This document shows positions 50,836-59,808 of a DNA stretch of 64,000 nt, in pieces. The notes under the pieces are model-generated. The model was not told the origin of the DNA and did no database searches. It worked only from the letters and a program-made list of their open reading frames with translations. This stretch comes from Gemmatimonadota bacterium (GTDB lineage Bacteria > Gemmatimonadota > Gemmatimonadetes > Longimicrobiales > Gaopeijiaceae): the NCBI GenBank assembly GCA_034521595.1, contig JAXHMG010000003.1, forward strand, positions 128,001-192,000, in the 5' to 3' direction. A program made the position numbers and the translations under genes. The first letter of the stretch is position 1, and each line of letters opens with the position of its first letter.

Positions 50836-51540
50836 ATGACTTTTCGTCTCGGTACGGGGCTGGTAGCCCTGACATTCTCGCTCGCCGCGTGCTCGAACGG
50901 TACGGCGTCCTTCGACTCCGCTGCTCTTGACAGCGACGATCAGAAAGCCAGCTACGGCATCGGCCTGAACGTCGGCAGTCAGATCGCCGACTCGCGCGAT
51001 CGACTCGACCGCGCCGCTTTCATGCGGGGGGTGGAGGACGCGCTCCAGGGGAATCAGCCGGCCGTGCCTCGCGAGGAACTCCAACCCGCCCTCGAAACCT
51101 TCGCGGAAGAGGTCCAGGCCGCCGCGGCCGAGGCCCGCCAGCAAGAAGCCGTCGAGAACGCGGAAGCCGGCGAGAGCTTCCTGGAGGAGAACGCTCAGCG
51201 TGAGGAAGTGACGACCACCGAGAGCGGCCTCCAGTACGAGGTTCTGCAGGAGGGAGACGGTCCGGTCCCGACCGCTGAAGACGAAGTCGAGGTGCACTAC
51301 CAGGGGACGCTCATCGACGGCACGGAGTTCGACAGCTCGTACGGTGGCGACCCCGCGACATTCGGCGTGGGCGCGGTGATTCCCGGCTTCGCGGAAGCGT
51401 TGCAGCTCATGCCGGTCGGAAGTGAGTACCGGGTCTGGATCCCGTCGGAGCTCGGTTATGGTGAGCAGGGCTCCGGGCCGGTGATCGGGCCGAATTCGGT
51501 CCTCGTCTTCGACATCGAGCTCCTGGACATCGTCGAGTAA
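50836..51540 (+). CDS. FKBP-type peptidyl-prolyl isomerase (FkpA/Mip-like), lipoprotein
   Basis: SYGIG, SGLQY, VHYQGTLIDGTEFDSS, VIPG, LGYG, IGPNS. Confidence 0.95.
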   Translation: MTFRLGTGLVALTFSLAACSNGTASFDSAALDSDDQKASYGIGLNVGSQIADSRDRLDRAAFMRGVEDALQGNQPAVPREELQPALETFAEEVQAAAAEARQQEAVENAEAGESFLEENAQREEVTTTESGLQYEVLQEGDGPVPTAEDEVEVHYQGTLIDGTEFDSSYGGDPATFGVGAVIPGFAEALQLMPVGSEYRVWIPSELGYGEQGSGPVIGPNSVLVFDIELLDIVE

Positions 51541-51555
51541 CACCGTTTTTCGGCC

Positions 51556-52167
51556 ATGTCGCTTCTCTCACGCTTCTTCCGCTCGAAGACGGGTCCGGAC
51601 TTCGGCCCGGAGGAGCTGGAAAGCAGACTCCAAACCCTCGAGGAGGAGGCGTCGGGCGCCCGGCCAGGACATCAGGGCACACCTCTGAACAAGGCTGGTG
51701 ATCTGGCGTTGCGCGCCGGCTATCGGGCACGAGCCGTCGAGTACTACGGGCGTGCGATCGACTCCTTCCTGGAAGATCAGCAACGGGAAGCGGCGCGTGG
51801 CGTGGCCAACAAGATCATCCGCGTTCACCCGAAAGCGGTGCGCACGCTGTGCACGCTCACATGGCTCGATCTCGCGGCTCGGCACAAGGCTACGGCCCTC
51901 CTTCACTTGCGCGACTACGTGGAGGCGGCGCACGAGATCGGTGAGCACGACCGTGCCGCCCGGCAGATCCTCGAGATGGCACGGGTAGCTCCGCAGATGG
52001 AGTTCGTGGATGCGGTCGCCGACGCCCTCGACGGGCTCGATTTCGACGAGCGGGCCACGGAGGTGCGCGAATGGGCGCGCTCGGGAGGCTCCCCGGACGT
52101 GCTGAACGACGACGATGTGCTCGCCGAGCACTGCGTTCGTGCCGCCGTGGACTCGGCGAAGGGTTGA
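51556..52167 (+). CDS. hypothetical TPR-like helical protein
   Basis: NKAGDL..AVEYYGRAID helical-repeat pattern; coding-like codon usage. Confidence 0.6.
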   Translation: MSLLSRFFRSKTGPDFGPEELESRLQTLEEEASGARPGHQGTPLNKAGDLALRAGYRARAVEYYGRAIDSFLEDQQREAARGVANKIIRVHPKAVRTLCTLTWLDLAARHKATALLHLRDYVEAAHEIGEHDRAARQILEMARVAPQMEFVDAVADALDGLDFDERATEVREWARSGGSPDVLNDDDVLAEHCVRAAVDSAKG

Positions 52168-52262
52168 AGGAAGCGCCCGCCGCGCCCCGAGAATGTTGGT
52201 GACGGGCCAAGCTCCCGGGCATAGCTTGGAAATATCGGCGCACTCCCGGCACGAGGTTCACT

Positions 52263-53594
52263 ATGTCCTCACGGCGTAGGCACGTCGCGGTCTTGTTGAT
52301 CGGCGTGGTCTTTGCCCTTGCGTGCGCTTCGGCGGAGGACCGGCTCGAAGAGGGCGTCGTGTTGCAGGCGCAGGGCCGGTACATGGAGGCCGTATACCGG
52401 TACGCCGAGGCTGTCGAGAAGGACGGCTCGCTCCGGGAAGCCCGTGAACGCCTCCTTGCCGCCGGGGACTCCGCGGTCGAAGAGGCGCTCCGTGACGCGG
52501 AGCGCCTCGTGGAGAGGTCCGATCCGGTCGGCGCGGCGTCGCGGTACCGGGACATCGACCGGATGCTGAGGCGTATCCGGGAGGCCGGGACGCGTCTCGA
52601 GCCGCCGGCCACGTACGAGGAGGATCGCCGAGCCCTGTTCGACCGTGCCATCGCCTGGCGCATGAGCCTCGGCGACGAGGCCCGTCGCGAAGGTCGCTGG
52701 ACGGATGCCCGCCGGGCCTACGCCGACGCCCGAGCCGCATTCTCCCCTTCACGGAGACAGGTCGAGGCGTCGTTGGAGGCGGAAACGGAGCTTCTTCTGG
52801 AATGGGCGGAGGTCGAGTTGGACGACGAGCGCCCGCGCGCGGCCTACCTCGTCGCGGCAGAGGCGGCGGAAGTTCGTAGCTCGACGCCCCGCGACGTCGT
52901 GCTGTCGGTTCGCGACCTACAGGGTCGGGCGCTCGAACGTGGCTCCATCGTCGTCGCGGTGCCTCCGGTCGTGGCCCGGGAGCCCGTTCGGCACCGGCTC
53001 GGCCCGGAGTTCGAGATCGACCTCGATGAGCGTCTCGCTCTGGATCATTGGACCGAGCCTCCACCGTTCGTGCGCATGGCCGACCACACCGCGATGCGTG
53101 GAGAGCTGCGGAGTCTGCTCCGCGGGGTTCCCCAAACGCCGCTCTTGGTGGGGCGTGCGCTCGAGCTGGTCGGGGGGGATCTGGCCGCGATGATCGAGGT
53201 ATCCGACGTGGAGGTCGTCGAGGAGGACGTACAGCGAATCACCCGGGAGGCCCGACTGACCGATGGCGCGGGCCAACGCGCGCCACGGTCGGTGGAGTAC
53301 ACGGTGGTCGAGGGCACGCTCGTCTATCGCGCGAGCGCGGACGTGATCCTCGTGGACCACGCCGGCCGGGAAGTGACCCGCTTGCGTGCCGAGGGCCACA
53401 GCTCGGGAGCGTTCCGGCGGGGGGCGTTCGACGGCAACCCGGACCGACTCGAGCTGTCGGACGACGAGCGAGCCCTGTTCGATCCGAGGACGCTCGCGGA
53501 ACAGGCGGAGCCGATCGAAGCGGCGCTCATGGCCGACCTCGCCATGGCGATCGCCGCGGGTACCTACGATACGGTTGTCGAGCGCATCCCCTGA
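52263..53594 (+). CDS. TPR-like lipoprotein, hypothetical
   Basis: LAC lipobox; TPR-like helices; C-terminal alpha/beta domain. Confidence 0.65.
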   Translation: MSSRRRHVAVLLIGVVFALACASAEDRLEEGVVLQAQGRYMEAVYRYAEAVEKDGSLREARERLLAAGDSAVEEALRDAERLVERSDPVGAASRYRDIDRMLRRIREAGTRLEPPATYEEDRRALFDRAIAWRMSLGDEARREGRWTDARRAYADARAAFSPSRRQVEASLEAETELLLEWAEVELDDERPRAAYLVAAEAAEVRSSTPRDVVLSVRDLQGRALERGSIVVAVPPVVAREPVRHRLGPEFEIDLDERLALDHWTEPPPFVRMADHTAMRGELRSLLRGVPQTPLLVGRALELVGGDLAAMIEVSDVEVVEEDVQRITREARLTDGAGQRAPRSVEYTVVEGTLVYRASADVILVDHAGREVTRLRAEGHSSGAFRRGAFDGNPDRLELSDDERALFDPRTLAEQAEPIEAALMADLAMAIAAGTYDTVVERIP

Positions 53595-53610
53595 GGGATC
53601 CGAGGGAGCG

Positions 53611-53907
53611 TCAGCGCAGGAGCACCGGCTCGTCCGGGTCGGGCCGGTAGAGCACCGCCGTCCGACCGATGGTCTGGACGGTATGAGCGTCGTCGAGGCC
53701 CTCGGTGAGCGTGTCGGCGATCTCCCGGATCGTGGAGGGCGCCGAATCGAGCGCCTTGATCTTGATGAGCTCTCGCGTGTTGAACGCCTCGCGCACGGAT
53801 TGGGCGACGGGATCGGTCACTCCGTCGCCGCCGACGAGCACGGTGGGCTTCAACGAGTGCGCCAACCGGCGGAGCTCGGCGCGCTGCTTCGATGTGAGTC
53901 GGGTCAT
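53611..53907 (-). CDS. yhbY: YhbY/CRM RNA-binding protein
   Basis: LTSKQRAELR..AHSLKP, ELIKIK, QTIGRTAVLYR. Confidence 0.93.
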   Translation of the reverse strand: MTRLTSKQRAELRRLAHSLKPTVLVGGDGVTDPVAQSVREAFNTRELIKIKALDSAPSTIREIADTLTEGLDDAHTVQTIGRTAVLYRPDPDEPVLLR

Positions 53908-54593
53908 GCACCAACATCGCCCGTACGCAGGATCAGGTCCATCGCCTGCTCGGCCGTGCGGATCTCGGGGTAGCGGCCGAGAAGGGCGGCGAGCACGCCG
54001 CTGGCGTTGGCGACCGCGAAGCTGATCCCTTGAAGGTTCCTCTCTCTGGGCACGCCCGGGATCGGGCGGGGGAATGGAGAGGCGACGAGCGCGCGTTCGC
54101 CGTCGGGGAGCGAGCGAATCGTGAGGGACGCGCGCTCCTGTTCAGGGTCCGGGAGCACACCCGCCACCCCGGGCAAGCAACCCGGGAGCCAGCGTACCCC
54201 GTCGTGCTCCCGCGCGGAGACCAGAATGGCGCCCGCCGCCTCCACTCGTGCGACCGCGCCTTCCAAATGAGCCCGACGGAGGTCGTTGGGGGTGCCGAGG
54301 CTCAGGTTCACGATCCGGGCTTCCCAGGCCAACGCGTGGTCGACGGCCCTCACGAGGGTCGGCACGCTCGTGGCGAGCTTGCTCTCGAAGACCTTGATGG
54401 TGAAGAGCTCCGCCTCGGGGGCCTTCTCGTGGATCGCTGCCGCCACGGCCGTGCCGTGCCCAAGCCGGTCCACGAAGTCGTCGTGTTGACGGCCTTGGAG
54501 GTCCAACCCCATCCCGCCCGCCACTCGCGGGAGGTGGGGGTGGGGGACGTTGACGCCGCTATCGATCACGGCGACGCGGACCGGTCCGCTCAT
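53904..54593 (-). CDS. short cytoplasmic subtilisin (S8), QhpE-like
   Basis: VIDSG, GHGT, NLSLG, GISFA triad; about 229 aa; no signal or propeptide. Confidence 0.85.
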   Translation of the reverse strand: MSGPVRVAVIDSGVNVPHPHLPRVAGGMGLDLQGRQHDDFVDRLGHGTAVAAAIHEKAPEAELFTIKVFESKLATSVPTLVRAVDHALAWEARIVNLSLGTPNDLRRAHLEGAVARVEAAGAILVSAREHDGVRWLPGCLPGVAGVLPDPEQERASLTIRSLPDGERALVASPFPRPIPGVPRERNLQGISFAVANASGVLAALLGRYPEIRTAEQAMDLILRTGDVGA

Positions 54594-56323
54594 CCCTTCA
54601 GCACGTCGAGGAAGAGCTCGCGAAACGAAGTGCCCTCGGTTTCGAGCGTGTCCGGCGGTCCGTCTTCGGCGATACGACCGTTCTCGACGACCACGACGCG
54701 CTCGCAACGACGTGCCAGATCCAGGCGGTGCGTGATCACGACCGTCGTCCGGTGGCGCATCAGGCGTTCGTATCCCTGGAGCACGGTCGCTTCGGACGAG
54801 GGGTCGAGCGCGCCCGTCGCTTCGTCCAGGATCAGCACCGCCGGATCGGCGAGGAATGCACGGGCGATCGCCAACCTTTGCCGCTCTCCGGCCGAGAGCT
54901 CCCTGCCGCGCTCACCCACCACGGTGTCGACACCCTGAGGCAGATCCTGGACGAGGGACGTGAGCCCGGCGGCTACGAGCGCCTCTTCGATGTCCGCGTC
55001 GGTGGCGTCGGGGTTGCCGAAGCGGACGTTCTCCCGGATGGTCGCGTGGAAGATGAAGGGATCCTGCTCGACCACGTGCACGAGCCTGCGGACGTCCTCG
55101 AGCGCGAGCGCGCGCAGATCCGTCCCGTCCAGCAGAACCCGTCCGTCGTCGGGGTCGATGAACCGGGCCAGCAGGTCCGCGATGGTCGATTTTCCGCTAC
55201 CGCTCTCGCCTACGATGGCAATGGTCTGGCCGGGTGGAACGTCGAGATCCACCCCGTCGAGGACACCCTCTCCACGGCCGAATCCGAACCGTACGCCCTC
55301 CAGCCGCAGCGAGCCCGGGGTCCGGTCGATCCGGACGGGCTCTTCCGTTTCGACGATCTCGGGTGGAGTGTCCAGCAGCTCGTGGACGCGCAGGAGCGAG
55401 GCGCGGGCGGTCGCCATGTTCGAATAGAGGCCCATGAGCCCCTGGATGGGGCCGAGGAGTCGCATCTGATAGGCCATGAACGCCACGAACGTCCCGAGGG
55501 TGGTGGCTCCGTCGATGACCCTGTATCCGCCGTACAGGAAGACGAGCGCCGTGCCCAGGGACAGCAGGAGCCCGGGGAGGCCTCCGGCGAGATACGTGTA
55601 TAGGCGCATGGAGAGGAGGGCTCGCACGAAGGAGTCGTTCTTCTCCGAGAACCGTCGGATCTCCCGTTCCTGAGCGTTGAGACCGACGATCGTGCGCATC
55701 CCTTGGATGGTCTCGATGAGAAACGTGCCGATGCTCGCGCTTTTTTCCCGCAGGGTGCGCACGCGTTCTTCCAACTCTCTTCGGTACCGGAGCAACGCCC
55801 AGACCGCCGGCGGGAGCGCCAGCATCCCGACCAAGAAGAGCTGTACGTCGAGCCAGACCAACATGGCGAGGGTGCCGATCAGCGCGAGTGACTGGCCGAG
55901 CCAACCCAGGGCCGCTTCACCCGTCACCCGCTGAATCTCTCCGATGTCGCCGTTGATGCGGGATACGATGTCTCCGAGCGGCGTGCGCGCGAAGAACCGG
56001 GGGGAGAGCCGCTGAAGGTGCCGGTACAGCGCGACCCGCATGTCGAACAGGATGTCGGCCGATACGCGGGTGTAGCGGAGGCCGCTCCACGCGTTCATCC
56101 CGAAGGACACGAGCGTGACCAGCAGGAAAGCGAACACGATGCGTACGAGGGCGGTGAAATCGCCCACGAGAATCGCGTCGTCGATCAGCAGCTTGGAGAG
56201 GTAGGGGATCACCAAGTTGAGCGCCGTGCCCGCCATCTGCGCGAGCACGACCGGAACCAACGCGGGCAGGTACGGACGCACGTACCGGAGCGCGCGCATG
56301 AGGTGGGGGTCCGAACGCAGCAT
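54590..56323 (-). CDS. ABC exporter (TMD + NBD), QhpF-like
   Basis: TM domain, GESGSGKS, LSAGERQR, ILDEAT. Confidence 0.92.
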   Translation of the reverse strand: MLRSDPHLMRALRYVRPYLPALVPVVLAQMAGTALNLVIPYLSKLLIDDAILVGDFTALVRIVFAFLLVTLVSFGMNAWSGLRYTRVSADILFDMRVALYRHLQRLSPRFFARTPLGDIVSRINGDIGEIQRVTGEAALGWLGQSLALIGTLAMLVWLDVQLFLVGMLALPPAVWALLRYRRELEERVRTLREKSASIGTFLIETIQGMRTIVGLNAQEREIRRFSEKNDSFVRALLSMRLYTYLAGGLPGLLLSLGTALVFLYGGYRVIDGATTLGTFVAFMAYQMRLLGPIQGLMGLYSNMATARASLLRVHELLDTPPEIVETEEPVRIDRTPGSLRLEGVRFGFGRGEGVLDGVDLDVPPGQTIAIVGESGSGKSTIADLLARFIDPDDGRVLLDGTDLRALALEDVRRLVHVVEQDPFIFHATIRENVRFGNPDATDADIEEALVAAGLTSLVQDLPQGVDTVVGERGRELSAGERQRLAIARAFLADPAVLILDEATGALDPSSEATVLQGYERLMRHRTTVVITHRLDLARRCERVVVVENGRIAEDGPPDTLETEGTSFRELFLDVLKG

Positions 56324-57888
56324 TAGCAGCCCTCGGTGATCACGAGAAAGCCGGCGGCGCATGCCACCGACAGGGCCGTCAGCAGCTCCGGAAGATCCAC
56401 GGGCGGCCCCGACCGATTATAGGACTCCCAGAGCTCGGGAACAGAGTGGACGTCGGGAGCGAGCTCGACCAGCCGACGAAGGTCGACGGATCGGTGGAAG
56501 CGGGCCGGACCCGGATGGGCGTCGCTCGTGAGCGACGGTTCGAGCACGATTCTCCGGCCGCGGAGGGTGGGCGCTGAAGCCAGCCGTACGGTGGGCCCGC
56601 GGTGGACGTGTAGCGCCGGAGCTACACGAATGCGCTCGTGCGCTCGACGTACCGCGGGCTCGGGCACGTCGCAGCCTCCACCGGGGAGTGGTCCGGGATC
56701 CGAACCGAGCCCGGGCTTCCCGTGTGGCCAGGAGGGGGGAGACGCGGCTGTGTCCGGCTCCACCTGCTCCGCGGCGGCGTGGGCCGCCCTCGCCCGCTCG
56801 GACCAGAAGGGGTGTCCGTGCGCGGCGGTGGCTTCCTCGAAGAAGCGCGCCGATGCCGCCCGGTACTCGGCGGCCGTTTTCCGTTCGTGCCCTTCGTGGA
56901 ACGAGAGTGCGGCTCCGGTCATCGACGGGTTTTCGAGAGTGGTGAGCGCGACGATTCCGGCCAGCCGGCCCGACCCGAACGCCTTCTTCACCCCCTCGGA
57001 CGAGAGCGGGTCGACGAAGGCTCCCGCGTCTCCGGCCAGAACAATGCCGTCTTCGACGTAGCGACGACTCGTATAGAGCGAGGACGGACAAGCCCACGTT
57101 CCGGGCAGAAGCCTCCACGCGTGTGCGGTTTCCTCGAGCAGGGAAGTCTTCCGGAGCTCGGCCCTGAGGGCTTCGTCGACCGTCGAGCGACCCAGCGGGG
57201 TGTGTCTCGGGTCGATCATCGCCGTGACGCAACGCGTATGCCGGTTGATGGGCACCGACCACGCCCAGCCGTCCTCGTAGCTTTCCACGAGGGTTCGTCC
57301 GGGATGGGCCTCCGGACCCTCCACGCGTGCCCACCGTCCGACCAACGCGAGCGTGGTCGTGTGCCGGTCCGGCTCTCGGCCGAGCCGTCGCGCGAGGAAG
57401 CCGTGTCGTCCCGTCGCGTCGATCACGTGGGGAGCGATGAACGTTCGGGAGCTACCGGCGGCAGAGAGGCAACGGACCCGCCACCCGTCGTCCGTGGGGC
57501 TGGCGGACCGAGCCGAATACCCTGCGATCACCTCGGCTCCGGCGGAGCGCACGGCTTCGTCGAGCACCTCTTCGAGCCCGGTGCGGTCTACGTGGAAACC
57601 ATGGGCACCCCGAGCGAACGTTTCCGTCCGCACCGGACCGCCGGCCCACCGGACCCTGTTTCCCACATTGGCGACGAAGCCGAAGGACTCGACGCGGCCG
57701 AGCATCCCGAGCTCTTCGAGGAGTGGGCGTGCCGAAGGGGGGACGGATTGGACCAGAGAGCCGCCAGCGGGCACCGCGGGCTTCACGAGACGGACGGATC
57801 GGCCCCCCTCGGCGAGTACCGTGGCGGCGGCGGCCCCGGCCGGCCCCCCGCCGAGGACCAGGACTTCGACCTGCTCCGGGGAGCTCAG
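56323..57888 (-). CDS. FAD-dependent halogenase/monooxygenase-like enzyme, QhpG-like; probable CTG start
   Basis: GGGPAG, IDATG, GWAWSVP, GDAGAFVDPLSS.GV; small C-terminal domain. Confidence 0.85.
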   Translation of the reverse strand: MSSPEQVEVLVLGGGPAGAAAATVLAEGGRSVRLVKPAVPAGGSLVQSVPPSARPLLEELGMLGRVESFGFVANVGNRVRWAGGPVRTETFARGAHGFHVDRTGLEEVLDEAVRSAGAEVIAGYSARSASPTDDGWRVRCLSAAGSSRTFIAPHVIDATGRHGFLARRLGREPDRHTTTLALVGRWARVEGPEAHPGRTLVESYEDGWAWSVPINRHTRCVTAMIDPRHTPLGRSTVDEALRAELRKTSLLEETAHAWRLLPGTWACPSSLYTSRRYVEDGIVLAGDAGAFVDPLSSEGVKKAFGSGRLAGIVALTTLENPSMTGAALSFHEGHERKTAAEYRAASARFFEEATAAHGHPFWSERARAAHAAAEQVEPDTAASPPSWPHGKPGLGSDPGPLPGGGCDVPEPAVRRAHERIRVAPALHVHRGPTVRLASAPTLRGRRIVLEPSLTSDAHPGPARFHRSVDLRRLVELAPDVHSVPELWESYNRSGPPVDLPELLTALSVACAAGFLVITEGC

Positions 57889-58127
57889 GGTCGTGGAGCG
57901 CAGGCGCAGCCCAGCCCGCAGGCCTCGTTCGAGACCTGCTCGGACGTTCCCTTCGGTGGCGCGGGTGAGCTCATCAGACGCTCGACTGGGGCCGTCGGTG
58001 GGGTAGCGCCCGGCTCGATCCCCGCGCGGTCGGCGAGCGATCCCCAGGTTTCGACTCGCTCGCGCATACCGTGACGAACCTCGACCGTACGGCCGTTCCT
58101 GGCGCAGTGATACTCGTAGTAGGGCAT
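57885..58127 (-). CDS. FmdB-like zinc-ribbon small protein
   Basis: MPYYEYHC..NG.TVEV.H..ERLMS..CGLGCAC. Confidence 0.75.
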   Translation of the reverse strand: MPYYEYHCARNGRTVEVRHGMRERVETWGSLADRAGIEPGATPPTAPVERLMSSPAPPKGTSEQVSNEACGLGCACAPRP

Positions 58128-58363
58128 CGGTGTCACGCTCCTGTGTGCGGTTACATCCGTGGCATGCAAGGTATAGGCTCGGGCGGCTGATCGGTTCCAG
58201 TCGGGGGGACGGATGTTGCATCGATGCCAAGCCAACTGTTGTGCGTGTGCAGCATTTCGGGGGCGTGCCTGTGGTCGATCTGAAGCGCGTGGAGCCCGCT
58301 CGAACGCCCATGGCCCTTGCAACGAAGGGACGAACGCCCTTAGAGCCGCCCTTTGTTCGGCTA

Positions 58364-58380
58364 TGGGCATGTGGGTTGCA
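58364..58380 (+). promoter_or_regulatory. sigma54 (-24/-12) promoter for the PEP-CTERM gene
   Basis: GGCAT-N5-TTGCA with exact GG-N10-GC spacing, about 50 nt before the ATG. Confidence 0.6.
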
Positions 58381-58432
58381 ACTTCGATGTGGTTGAAAGC
58401 TTCTGACCCTTCCAAGATCGAGAGGACCTTAG

Positions 58433-59167
58433 ATGAAGCGGTTTGCCAGATCGATCGTGCTGTGGGCTGTGTTCGCGCTCTTCCCTGTTTCAGTGAGTGC
58501 GCAGATCACGGACTTCACGGGCACGTTGGGCTCCGAGGAGTATATGAACTTCGTCTCGGGCTCCGATGTCGTGTCCGATCGTTATCTCGACGGGAACCGT
58601 GTCTACGTCGGACCGTACGTGGGGAATTTCGATCGCGGAGACGGGCTCACGACGCCCAACTTCAGCCTCCTGTGCGTGGACTTCGACAACTACGCCGGTT
58701 CTCAGCGCGTGAACGTCACGGGGTTGGGGTCGGCCTCGGACGATAGCGATCTGGGCGCGACCCGGCTCGGAGGTAGCGCCGGTAGCCTGACTCGGTACCG
58801 GCAGGCCGCCTATCTCGGGTCGCTGTTCGACTCCTGGGAAGGGCTCGAATACGACGCGGGCCAGGGACAGCTCTGGACGGCGATCCACTCCGCCGTCTGG
58901 ACGGTCATGACGGGCAGAGAGATCGGGGGATCCGAGTACGACCTGCGGGATCGGATCCTCGCCGATCATTCGGAAGCGTCCGGGGACTTCACGGCGGACG
59001 GGTGGTACGTGCTGTCCGGTGAAGGTGACGAGACGGCTCAGGAAATGCTGATCCGCACGCCCGCTAGCACGGTGCCCGAGCCCTCGACCTACCTGCTTAT
59101 GGCCACGGGTCTCCTCTTCCTCGTGGCGTTCGGCCGGAAGCGGATGAGTGGTCTTTCCGAGGGTTGA
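58433..59167 (+). CDS. PEP-CTERM sorting-domain protein
   Basis: Signal peptide; C-terminal VPEPSTYLLMATGLLFLVAFGRKR. Confidence 0.93.
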   Translation: MKRFARSIVLWAVFALFPVSVSAQITDFTGTLGSEEYMNFVSGSDVVSDRYLDGNRVYVGPYVGNFDRGDGLTTPNFSLLCVDFDNYAGSQRVNVTGLGSASDDSDLGATRLGGSAGSLTRYRQAAYLGSLFDSWEGLEYDAGQGQLWTAIHSAVWTVMTGREIGGSEYDLRDRILADHSEASGDFTADGWYVLSGEGDETAQEMLIRTPASTVPEPSTYLLMATGLLFLVAFGRKRMSGLSEG

Positions 59168-59222
59168 CCCTTCCGAGGGTTGACCTCCGTCACCGGTGAC
59201 CCCCCTTTAGCCGGTGCCGGGC

Positions 59223-59262
59223 GAGCGGAGTGCGCTTCGGCGCGCTCCGCTCCTTTTTCTTT
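59223..59262 (+). terminator. rho-independent terminator
   Basis: GAGCGGAGTGCGC-TTCG-GCGCGCTCCGCTC then CTTTTTCTTT. Confidence 0.85.
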
Positions 59263-59277
59263 CAGCCACCCACCGCT

Positions 59278-59805
59278 ATGAGCCGACCTACTTTGCAACC
59301 CTCTCCGTGGGCTGTGCGCGGCCTGTACCTCTTCGCGATCGTGCTGATGGTCATGCCACTGGCGGATCTCGTATCCACGGTGCTGCCCGCGAGGCCGGGG
59401 GACTTCAGTTGGCGGTACGGCACGCTGGGGTTGGCGGCCGGATACCTGCACACCCCGATGATCGGCCTCGCGCTCGCGCTCGGACTCGGATTCTGGCGGG
59501 AACACCCTTGGGTGCTCCGGTTCGGCGGAGCGGTGGCCATGGTCGGCTCTGTCGCGCTCGGTCTCGTGATCGTCGTCTTCGCCCTCGACGTGCTCCAGAT
59601 GCGCGGGATGCGGGAGGAAGAGGTCCAGTCGGCCGTGCTGGCGGGCGGGGTGCTGCAGGAGATCAAATACCTTACCGCGGCGCTTGTGCTGGCCCCCCTC
59701 GGGTATGGGGCCTGGCGCACGGCCGGTGCGATCAAGCGCTCTTCCGCGTCCCGAGCCTCGGGCGCGCCCGGCATCGTTACGCGGAGCGGCAAGGCTCCGA
59801 CCTGA
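59278..59805 (+). CDS. hypothetical membrane protein (about 4 TM)
   Basis: Hydrophobic helices; WRYG and FALD segments. Confidence 0.7.
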   Translation: MSRPTLQPSPWAVRGLYLFAIVLMVMPLADLVSTVLPARPGDFSWRYGTLGLAAGYLHTPMIGLALALGLGFWREHPWVLRFGGAVAMVGSVALGLVIVVFALDVLQMRGMREEEVQSAVLAGGVLQEIKYLTAALVLAPLGYGAWRTAGAIKRSSASRASGAPGIVTRSGKAPT

Positions 59806-59808
59806 GGC

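Noticed and set aside
57885-58127. Small Cys/Trp ORF as QhpC-like precursor
   Set aside because: It has the MPxYEY-C start and Cys tail of FmdB-like zinc-ribbon proteins and lacks the acidic Cys/Asp/Glu/Trp pattern of QhpC
57889-58311. Long N-terminal extension of the FAD enzyme in the ORF track
   Set aside because: Fully overlaps the zinc-ribbon gene and does not look protein-like
58310-58322. Second sigma54-like TGGC..TTGCA
   Set aside because: GG-to-GC spacing is far shorter than the required 10 nt
59155-59185. 15-bp direct repeat TTCCGAGGGTTGACC x2 at the PEP-CTERM stop
   Set aside because: Only two copies 1 nt apart; likely a local duplication, not CRISPR or an att site
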